Assembly: GCA_038893835.1 (NCBI GenBank)
Contig: JAWAQR010000019.1
Location: 1-26,653, forward strand
Source: Archaeoglobaceae archaeon
Lineage (GTDB): Archaea; Halobacteriota; Archaeoglobi; Archaeoglobales; Archaeoglobaceae
Reading direction: 5' to 3'
DNA: 26,653 nt
A program made the translations under genes and the position numbers. The notes under the pieces were generated by a model. It made no database searches, had not been told where the DNA came from, and saw nothing but the letters and a program-made list of their open reading frames with translations. The stretch's first letter is position 1, and the number at the start of each line of letters is the position of its first letter. Below are positions 7,882-15,141 of the stretch, in pieces.

Positions 7882-9912
7882 ATGAGTTTTGCAAAATACT
7901 TTGGTGGTTTTTTAGCATTTTATAGTATATTTATAATATTTTATCCATATTTTATTCCTTACCTCCTCTGGCTTCCTCCTGTGGTTAGATACTGTTTTGA
8001 CCAAATTCACCTCATAAGGAGCTTGCACCTGATGTTTTGCATGGGAGCACTAGCTTTCATGGCTTATGGGAAGAGAACGAGTTTAATCAGTAATTTGATC
8101 CTTTCTACACTATCTTTACCCTGTGCAATGGTATTGGCAATCGTAGCTATGGATGTATTCATTTCTCTCTTGATAATCCTTCTCTGGTTTGTAACCTTCC
8201 CATTGGACGCCTTGCTTGGATATTTAAAAAGACAAGTCAGCTGGAAGTCTGTTCTTTTAATTCTTTACATTCCCGCAACAATTTATTTAATAATTGATTA
8301 TGAAAAAATTATTTACAGAGTTGTTTTTCCAAATACTCTCGACATTTTAGTCGGCTGGCTCATGGTTCTCCTTCTCCTTTACGCAACCAATATCAAGATC
8401 GGCTGGCCGTTGCCTGCGATCGTTCTAATCTTTCTCAACTACACATTTTTGGGTCATCAAATTTCTCCTCCTATCGGGCATACGTTCAGAGATGTAGCGT
8501 TGGCAATTGGTAAAGCTTGGATGGAAACTGAAGCTGGAATTTTTGGTCTTCCTCTTGGCGTTTCGGCGAAATACATAGTTTACTTCACGATTCTGGCTGG
8601 TGTATTGCAAGCTATAGGAATAACGAAGTTCATTTCCGATTTTGCTTCTGTATTCCTTGGAAGATCCCCACAGGATGTTGGTAGAGCTACTACGGCTTAT
8701 TCAGCTGTGATGGGAATGGTTTCTGGCTCAGGAGTAGCTGTAACGACAACGGTTGCCACAACGATGTTACCTTCTTTCAGAAAAGCTGGATATGATGAAA
8801 AGTTCTCTTCAGCCTTTATAGCTGGAACAGGAACTGCAGCTCTGATAACTCCACCAATTCTTGGAGCTGCAGCGTTCATAATGATGGAAGTTATGGGTAT
8901 AGATTATAAGACTCTTATAATAATGACAATTTTACCAGCTCTATTGTATTATATTTCACTTCAAATATATCTGGAGCTTTATACGAGGAAGATTGGATTG
9001 ACTAGACAAATAGAGGGAGAAAAGAAGAGCAAAAAAGAGGTTTTGAAAGAAATCTACATGTTTCTACCAATAGTAATTCTAATCTTCATGATCTTTCAGG
9101 GTTATACGATAGCGATATCGGTAATCACCGCAATCTTTGTGGCCTTTGCAATCGGGTTGTTAAGGAAGGTTAAAGTCGTGGAAATAATCAAAGGTTTCTC
9201 CAATGGTGCACTGGACGTAATTCCCGTCGCTCTTGCATGTGCTTGTGCGGGGATAATACTTCATTCCCTCCTCGTCACTGGACTTGGGATGAAGATAGAA
9301 GAAATTGTTAGATTTTTGAGCGCCGGGAATTACTATATAACCTTAGTTCTTCTTGCAATCTTCACTTTAATCCTTGGAATGGGAGTTCCACCAACTGCGA
9401 GTTACGTGATAGTTTCAGCCCTCGTCGTTCCTACAACGATAAAACTCGCCATAGCGAATGGCTTTCCTGAAATGATAGCACATTACAGCGTTCATGTGTT
9501 CGCTTTTTACTATGCAATCCTCGCAGATGTAACCCCTCCAGTAGCTCTGGCAGCTTACGCTGCTGCAGCGGTTGCAGGGCAAAATCCGTTAAGAGTAGCT
9601 ATAGTTGCGGCGAAGATAGCAATAATAAAATACCTTATGGCCTTTACCTTTGTCCTTTCTCCTGCTGGCTCGGCTTTGCTCATAATAACCCATTTAGATA
9701 ATCCTTTAGAAATAATCTTTAGGACTTTACTAGTTGTAATCTCTGCATTAGCCATAAACAGCGCTAGTGTTGGATACTTTAGAAAGGAGTTGAATCTGGG
9801 TAAAAGGATTCTTTTATTCATAGCAGGATTGGCTTTGATATTTCCATTTCCGATTGGCAATATTTTGGGACTGATTTTAGTCTTTGTAATCCTTTTACTT
9901 GAATTTCGTTAA
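7882..9912 (+). CDS. TRAP transporter fused permease (4TM/12TM, DctQM-like)
   Basis: Highly hydrophobic 676 aa protein with GIFGLPLGVSA, GMVSGS, PPILGAAAFIM, LILGMGVPPTASY and ADVTPPVALAAYAAA. A Shine-Dalgarno-like AGGTGA precedes the ATG. Confidence 0.93.
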   Translation: MSFAKYFGGFLAFYSIFIIFYPYFIPYLLWLPPVVRYCFDQIHLIRSLHLMFCMGALAFMAYGKRTSLISNLILSTLSLPCAMVLAIVAMDVFISLLIILLWFVTFPLDALLGYLKRQVSWKSVLLILYIPATIYLIIDYEKIIYRVVFPNTLDILVGWLMVLLLLYATNIKIGWPLPAIVLIFLNYTFLGHQISPPIGHTFRDVALAIGKAWMETEAGIFGLPLGVSAKYIVYFTILAGVLQAIGITKFISDFASVFLGRSPQDVGRATTAYSAVMGMVSGSGVAVTTTVATTMLPSFRKAGYDEKFSSAFIAGTGTAALITPPILGAAAFIMMEVMGIDYKTLIIMTILPALLYYISLQIYLELYTRKIGLTRQIEGEKKSKKEVLKEIYMFLPIVILIFMIFQGYTIAISVITAIFVAFAIGLLRKVKVVEIIKGFSNGALDVIPVALACACAGIILHSLLVTGLGMKIEEIVRFLSAGNYYITLVLLAIFTLILGMGVPPTASYVIVSALVVPTTIKLAIANGFPEMIAHYSVHVFAFYYAILADVTPPVALAAYAAAAVAGQNPLRVAIVAAKIAIIKYLMAFTFVLSPAGSALLIITHLDNPLEIIFRTLLVVISALAINSASVGYFRKELNLGKRILLFIAGLALIFPFPIGNILGLILVFVILLLEFR

Positions 9913-9920
9913 TCTATTTT

Positions 9921-9950
9921 TTGGTCATTTATTGCCGAAAAATTTATTAA
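9921..9950 (+). promoter_or_regulatory. Second candidate operator plus BRE/TATA promoter, upstream of glutaryl-CoA dehydrogenase
   Basis: TTGGTC-ATTTAT-TGCCGA (9921-9938), then AAAA and TATA box TTTATTAA (9943-9950). The 22-bp offset to the TATA is the same as at 6428. Confidence 0.55.
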
Positions 9951-9980
9951 TTAAATTGGAAAGTTAAATTGGTGATTTAG

Positions 9981-11180
9981 ATGTTTAAGGGGGTTGACTT
10001 CTACAACATCGATGAACTCCTGACAGAAGAAGAGAGGTTGGTTAGAAATTCTGTTCGAGAGTTTATGGAAAAGGAAATAGCACCTCTTGTAGCAGAAGCT
10101 TGGCATAAGGAAGAACCACTAGATTTCAGAGAGATTGGAAAGAAGTTTGGAAAACTCGGCATGCTTGGATCGTTCATTCCTGAAGAATATGGCTGCCCAG
10201 GGATGAATTATACTTCCTTTGGCCTGATATGTCAGGAGGTGGAAAGAGTAGACAGTGCTCTGCGAAGTTTTGTTGCCGTAACTTCTGGGCTTGTCATGTT
10301 CCCAATTTGGAAGTATGGAAGTGAGGAACAGAAGAAGAAATATCTTCCAAAGCTTGCAAAAGGAGAAATAATAGGCTGCTTTGGAATGACCGAACCAAAT
10401 GTTGGAAGCGATCCGGCAAGCATGGAAACGAATGCTAGGAGAGATGGAGATGAGTGGATTTTAAATGGAACGAAGACTTGGATAAGTGAAGCTGAAATTG
10501 CTGACATTGCAATAGTTTGGGCTAGAGATGTGAGCGATGGGAAGATAAAAGGATTTATAGTCGAGAGAGGAATGAAAGGATTTAAGCAGTCTGCCATAAA
10601 GAAAAAAGGCTCGATGAGGGCTGGAGACGTTGGAGAGCTATATCTAACAGATTGCAGGGTTCCTGAAGAGAACAGACTGCCGAATGCAGTTGGATTGAGA
10701 CCTGCTTTGAGCTGTCTGGATCAAGCAAGGTTTGGAATTGCTTGGGGAGCAATAGGGGCTGCTATGGATTGTTATGAGACTGCTTTGAATTATGCAAAGA
10801 ATAGAAAGCAGTTTGGTGCACCGATTGCAGCCTATCAGCTTGTGCAAGCGAAGCTTGTGGACATGTTCACCGAAATAACGAAGGGACAATTGATAGCTTG
10901 GCGTTTAGGAAGACTGATGGATGAGGGGAAAGCAACTCCTGAGCAAATCTCACTTGCAAAGAGAAACAACGTTAGAGTTGCAAGATTCTGTGCAAGAACA
11001 GCAAGAGAGATACTTGGAGCTAATGGAATTAGCCTAGATTATTCTCCAATCAGGCACATGGCGAACATAGAGAGCGTTTACACTTATGAAGGGACGGATG
11101 ATATACACACGCTTATACTTGGAAGATACATAACAGGAATTCAAGCTTTCAGGAGGGAGTTGAGATTTGAAACCATTTGA
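9981..11180 (+). CDS. gcdH: Glutaryl-CoA dehydrogenase (acyl-CoA dehydrogenase family)
   Basis: GCDH-type motifs EVERVDSALRS, GCFGMTEPNVGSDPASM, ARFGIAWGAIGAA, ISLAKRNN, AREILGANGI and RHMANIESVYTYEGTDDIHTLILGR. Confidence 0.88.
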   Translation: MFKGVDFYNIDELLTEEERLVRNSVREFMEKEIAPLVAEAWHKEEPLDFREIGKKFGKLGMLGSFIPEEYGCPGMNYTSFGLICQEVERVDSALRSFVAVTSGLVMFPIWKYGSEEQKKKYLPKLAKGEIIGCFGMTEPNVGSDPASMETNARRDGDEWILNGTKTWISEAEIADIAIVWARDVSDGKIKGFIVERGMKGFKQSAIKKKGSMRAGDVGELYLTDCRVPEENRLPNAVGLRPALSCLDQARFGIAWGAIGAAMDCYETALNYAKNRKQFGAPIAAYQLVQAKLVDMFTEITKGQLIAWRLGRLMDEGKATPEQISLAKRNNVRVARFCARTAREILGANGISLDYSPIRHMANIESVYTYEGTDDIHTLILGRYITGIQAFRRELRFETI

Positions 11181-12351
11181 GGATTTGTTGGTCATCGAGC
11201 TGGCACAAGCTGTTGCTGGACCTTATATAGGCACTTTACTCGCAGATCTTGGGGCGGAAGTCATTCATGTAGAGCGTCCAAAGATTGGTGACTTAGCTAG
11301 ACACTGGATACCAATAAGAAAAGATCTAAGCTTTTACTTTGCAGTTGTGAACAGAAACAAGAAGTCAATGACCTTGGATTTGAAGAGTGAGGAGGGGAGG
11401 AGAATATTCTTGAAGCTTGCAGAGAAAGCGGATGTAATAATAGAGAACTTCGTTCCAGGTGTCGTTGATTCACTTGGCGTTGGTTATGAGCATGTTAAAA
11501 AGGTAAATCCAAGAGTTATTTACTGCCACGTTTCTGGTTTCGGACAAAATGGCCCCTATCGTGATCGACCCGCATTTGATCAACTTATACAGGGAGAAGC
11601 AGGAATAATAAGTTACACTGGGACGAAAGAAACTCCGTGCAAAATAAATGTTCCAATCACAGATATTCTGGCTGCGATGTATGGAGTTTATGCAATTCTC
11701 GCCGCTCTGCTTAGGAGAGAGAAAACTGGTGAGGGGGCGGAGATAGATATATCCTTATTCGACTGTGCGGTCACGATGATGATGAATCTCATGAACATGG
11801 CAATTGTGGAGGGTATGAAGGATGAAGATCTAAGAATGGGGACTAAGTACTTCCTAGCAACACCCTATGAGCCTTATCCAGCAGGAGATGGGAAGTTGGT
11901 GAACATAGTAGTTGCAACCGAGTGGCATTGGGAAGCTTTTTGCAAGGCGATAGGTCTTGAGGAATTGACAAGAGATGAGAGATTTAAGACGAATCAGCAA
12001 AGATTGAAGCATAGAGAGGAGTTGGAGAAAATAATAATTGAGAAATTAAAGGAGAAGGGAAGGGATGAGTGGATAGAAATCCTTCTAAAAGCAGGTGTGC
12101 CTTGCGGGGCTGTTAATGAGATAATGGAAGTCATAGAGCATCCACAAACGAAGTTCAGGAAAGTTGTGGTTGAGGTGGAGTATCCAGAGCTTGGAAAAAT
12201 AAAGATGTTTAACAACCCGGTGAAGATATCTGGAGTTGAATTTGAAGTTAAAAGACCTCCGAAGCTTGGAGAGCATACGGAGGAGATATTGAGGAAGTTA
12301 GGTTATTCTGATGAAGAAATCGCTAGGTTAAGGGAAAGAGGGGTAATTTAA
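11167..12351 (+). CDS. Family III (CaiB/BaiF) CoA-transferase, candidate succinyl-CoA:glutarate CoA-transferase
   Basis: AGPY..LADLGAEVIHVERP, NRNKKSMTLDLK, ENFVPG, SGFGQNGPY, the catalytic Asp region VPITDI and PPKLGEHT. It overlaps gcdH by 14 bp. The substrate is inferred from context. Confidence 0.88.
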   Translation: MKPFEDLLVIELAQAVAGPYIGTLLADLGAEVIHVERPKIGDLARHWIPIRKDLSFYFAVVNRNKKSMTLDLKSEEGRRIFLKLAEKADVIIENFVPGVVDSLGVGYEHVKKVNPRVIYCHVSGFGQNGPYRDRPAFDQLIQGEAGIISYTGTKETPCKINVPITDILAAMYGVYAILAALLRREKTGEGAEIDISLFDCAVTMMMNLMNMAIVEGMKDEDLRMGTKYFLATPYEPYPAGDGKLVNIVVATEWHWEAFCKAIGLEELTRDERFKTNQQRLKHREELEKIIIEKLKEKGRDEWIEILLKAGVPCGAVNEIMEVIEHPQTKFRKVVVEVEYPELGKIKMFNNPVKISGVEFEVKRPPKLGEHTEEILRKLGYSDEEIARLRERGVI

Positions 12352-12376
12352 TAAATAATAATTAAATTTATCAAAT

Positions 12377-12720
12377 TTGTTTGCGAAATATGTTGCAAGT
12401 GACACGGAAATGTTAAAGTTCAGCATTAAAAACGTTTTCTTCATCGACGTCTTCACTCAGTATTATTTAAACGAATATGGTCAGTTCGTGGTTGGGGATA
12501 GGTATAGAGATAAGGAAATTTTTGATTTTTTTAGCAGCTATATATGCTGATATGAACGACTTTAATAATCTCGGACAACATTTCCCTTTTCCTTAACCTC
12601 AGAGTTGAGTGAGCTAAAAGAACATCGTTTATCGGGTTCTGGATTTGGCAAATGTCGTTATAAACGTAGAGGGCCGATAAGCGACTCCTCAGGTTTACGA
12701 TAGATGAGGATACGCGTAGA
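12377..12720 (+). pseudogene. Possible decayed remnant of a KaiC/RAD55-like ATPase-domain gene
   Basis: Consecutive fragments in three frames: YVASDTEMLKFSIKNVFFIDVFTQYY... (12377-12550), TTLIISDNISLFLNL (12556-12612), KNIVYRVLDLANVVINVEG (12618-12680) and LLRFTIDED (from 12685). They are colinear with KaiC-like motifs. Recognised by eye only. Confidence 0.4.
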
Positions 12721-12738
12721 CACTTCAAGAGACGTAGC

Positions 12739-13485
12739 TTAGCATTCGTATTTAAAGTTGAAGTCGACTACGAAGTTTCTCAGAACTCCTATCTTTTCTA
12801 TTTCCACTTCAACAACATCCCCCTTTCTTAGCATTCCAACTCCGGCAGGAGTTCCTGTGGCTATTATATCCATTGGTTCCAGGGTCATTATGGAAGAAAT
12901 GAACTCGATCAAGTTTGGAACATCGAAGATCATGTTTGAAGTATTAGACTTTTGTCTAATTTCTCCATTCACCCTTGTGACTATTTTAAGCTTTGAAACA
13001 TCCTCAAGCTCGGCTATGTATGGGCCGATTGGGGCGAATGTATCAAAGCTCTTCGCTCTTGTCCATTGACCATCTCTTGCCTGAATGTCTCTTGCAGTGA
13101 CATCGTTGAAGCAGGTGAACCCAAGAATGAATTCCATCGCATCCTCTTTTGATACATTCTTGCACCTCTTTTTAATAACCACCGCAAGCTCCCCCTCGTA
13201 ATCGACTCTCTTTGTTATATTTGGAATTATTATTGGATCTCCATCGCCTATAACAGCACTTGGAGGCTTCAAAAATATTATTGGCTCTTCTGGAATCGGC
13301 ATTCCGAGCTCGTTTGCATGATCGACGTAGTTTAAACCAACGGCAACTATCTTACTAGGCTTTGCTGGAGGTAAAAACTTTACCGCACTCAGAGGAAATT
13401 CGAGAGAATCGAAGATAAGTCTATCTTTATAGATTTCAAATTTCCCTTCATAAAGGTTTCCATAAGCTAGAAATCTGCCAATCAT
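12739..13485 (-). CDS. Fumarylacetoacetate hydrolase family protein
   Basis: KIVAVGLNYVDHA, PIIFLKP, DYEGELAVVI, NDVTARD, WTRAKSFDTFAPIGP and IATGTPAGVG. Confidence 0.92.
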   Translation of the reverse strand: MIGRFLAYGNLYEGKFEIYKDRLIFDSLEFPLSAVKFLPPAKPSKIVAVGLNYVDHANELGMPIPEEPIIFLKPPSAVIGDGDPIIIPNITKRVDYEGELAVVIKKRCKNVSKEDAMEFILGFTCFNDVTARDIQARDGQWTRAKSFDTFAPIGPYIAELEDVSKLKIVTRVNGEIRQKSNTSNMIFDVPNLIEFISSIMTLEPMDIIATGTPAGVGMLRKGDVVEVEIEKIGVLRNFVVDFNFKYEC

Positions 13486-13988
13486 TTTAACTTTTCAACC
13501 TCCTTTTTAAAAAACTCTACTTGGTCCTTATTTATATCGATGAATATGATTTTTTTAAGCTTTGTTCCATGTTCGACATGTTTTTTGAGCTCCTCAACCA
13601 TGATCTTCGCAACTAAATCCTTAGGCAAACCACCTACTCCAGTTCCTAATGCTGGAAAGGCTATGCTCTCTATTCCCAACTCTTCAGCCTTTTTCAACGC
13701 AGCCCTCATCGCGAGTCTAACTTTATTTTCATCTGTTTTAAAATCCAGTTCCATCGTAGGGGAATGGATAACAAACTTAGCCTTTAACTTTCCGGCAGAT
13801 GTTACAATTGCCTCTCCAATTTTAATTGGCCCTTTTTTAACAGCTTCCCTCTCTATTTCCTCACCTCCAGCCCTTTTTATTGCCCCTGCCACACCCCCTC
13901 CCATGTAAAGATGCGTGTTTGCCGCATTTACTATGGCATCGACTTCTATCTTTGTTATATCTCCATGAACCACTTCCACTTCAACCAT
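13482..13988 (-). CDS. Macro-domain (ADP-ribose-binding) protein
   Basis: GDITKIEVDAIVNAAN, MGGGVAGAI, GEAIVTSAG and SIAFPALGTGVGG. It has a 4-bp overlap with the FAH gene and its own TATA-like element (GAAAAGTTTTTAGT on the minus strand, about 14009-14021). Confidence 0.92.
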   Translation of the reverse strand: MVEVEVVHGDITKIEVDAIVNAANTHLYMGGGVAGAIKRAGGEEIEREAVKKGPIKIGEAIVTSAGKLKAKFVIHSPTMELDFKTDENKVRLAMRAALKKAEELGIESIAFPALGTGVGGLPKDLVAKIMVEELKKHVEHGTKLKKIIFIDINKDQVEFFKKEVEKLK

Positions 13989-14090
13989 GTCAGAAGTTTA
14001 ACTCCAAACTAAAAACTTTTCTAAGAATCCACGTAGCGTTCATGCCTTTGCAAACCTAGGCAACTGAGTTTGCTATTTTTCCAAAAGCTT

Positions 14091-15113
14091 TCATACAAGA
14101 TTCTTTAGCTTTTCACTAGCCAAAGCATATGCACGCTTCATTTCTTCAGTCGTGAGTCTCCTGGCTATCTCCGGATATTCATAAGCCTTGAAAGTTGGGT
14201 AGTATTGGAACATCAGATTGAACCTAACATCCTCGCCCAAATTGTTTGCAACCCAGTCAACTATGTATCTCGTGCAGCACTCTATGTGCCCGGGCATCAC
14301 GAGATGTCTGATCAAAAGTTCTCCATTATCTTTCGCCCTCAAGAAGTTTCTCTGCACGACTTCGAGATATCTTGGGGCCTTTGAATATTTCAGCGCACAT
14401 TTATCATTCCCGTATTTAAAATCACCAAGCCAAACGTCAACGATATCCTCGATTATCTCAGCCAGCTCGATGCTGTGATACATGTTGGAATTCCAGACGA
14501 CAGGAATGTTCGACTCAACGTTTAAAAGTATTTCAACTATTGTATGAGCATGCTGATCTGGATTTCCTCCTACGAAATTGACGTTTCTACTTCCCATCCT
14601 GTATCTGCGATCGATGATGTAGGCGAGATCCTTTGGATCTGCTATATAATCATCGCTGTAAACGATTTCGTAATTTTGACAAAAGACACAAGCAAACGTG
14701 CATCGGTTGAAAAAGATTGTATGGGAAGGGATTAATTCCGGCTCCTCACCCATGTGTAGAAATTCGCTGCTGAAATAGCTGACAATTCCACACTTACAGA
14801 AACCCCTCTTCTCGTATCTATTGACTTCACACCTCCTTTCACAGAACTTACACTCCTTGAGCATTTCGAAGAGTATGTCCCTTTTTAAGTTCAAAAAAGA
14901 ATACTCTGGAGGTTTTTCCTTCAAAAAATCGACGTCCTCATCCAGATATTTTTTAAATTCTTTTTTCAGTTCTGAATGTATTCGGAACATTTCATCTAAA
15001 CTCCCAGCTCTTTCAGCTGGGATCCTCTTTGCTATCTGAAACTTCGCAATGGCCTCGCCAGAATTAATTGCTGAATACCTTTCGAGCCCTTTAACCACAA
15101 AAAATTTTTCCAT
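14091..15113 (-). CDS. Radical SAM protein, PflX-like (PFL-activating-enzyme-related, function unknown)
   Basis: CxxxCxxC motif CTFACVFCQN, an upstream Cys cluster CKFCERRC...GFCKC, HMGEEPELIPSHTIFF, VNFVGGNP, DFKYGND and IRHLVMPGH. Confidence 0.85.
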   Translation of the reverse strand: MEKFFVVKGLERYSAINSGEAIAKFQIAKRIPAERAGSLDEMFRIHSELKKEFKKYLDEDVDFLKEKPPEYSFLNLKRDILFEMLKECKFCERRCEVNRYEKRGFCKCGIVSYFSSEFLHMGEEPELIPSHTIFFNRCTFACVFCQNYEIVYSDDYIADPKDLAYIIDRRYRMGSRNVNFVGGNPDQHAHTIVEILLNVESNIPVVWNSNMYHSIELAEIIEDIVDVWLGDFKYGNDKCALKYSKAPRYLEVVQRNFLRAKDNGELLIRHLVMPGHIECCTRYIVDWVANNLGEDVRFNLMFQYYPTFKAYEYPEIARRLTTEEMKRAYALASEKLKNLV

Positions 15114-15141
15114 AAGGGTTAAAATTGTTTGCGGATTGGAA

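Noticed and set aside
9951-9972. Direct repeat TTAAATTGG x2 downstream of the gcdH TATA box
   Set aside because: AT-rich, overlaps the RBS region, and has no counterpart at the TAXI promoter. Insufficient support.
12655-12693. CUGAGGA on the minus strand, resembling a hammerhead ribozyme core
   Set aside because: The required GAAA after the stem II candidate is missing (it reads ATTT).
12531-12728. 65-aa minus-strand ORF in the gap
   Set aside because: TTG start with no clear RBS and no recognisable motif. The plus-strand fragments look more protein-like.
12352-12740. Possible IS200/IS605 omega-RNA, RNase P RNA, SRP RNA or C/D sRNA
   Set aside because: No convincing consensus elements, low GC, no paired C and D boxes, and no transposase or nuclease nearby.
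13482-15113. Macro domain plus radical SAM as an antiviral or toxin-antitoxin system
   Set aside because: No ADP-ribosyltransferase or sirtuin is present, the radical SAM lacks viperin-like features, the macro gene has its own promoter, and the context is housekeeping.
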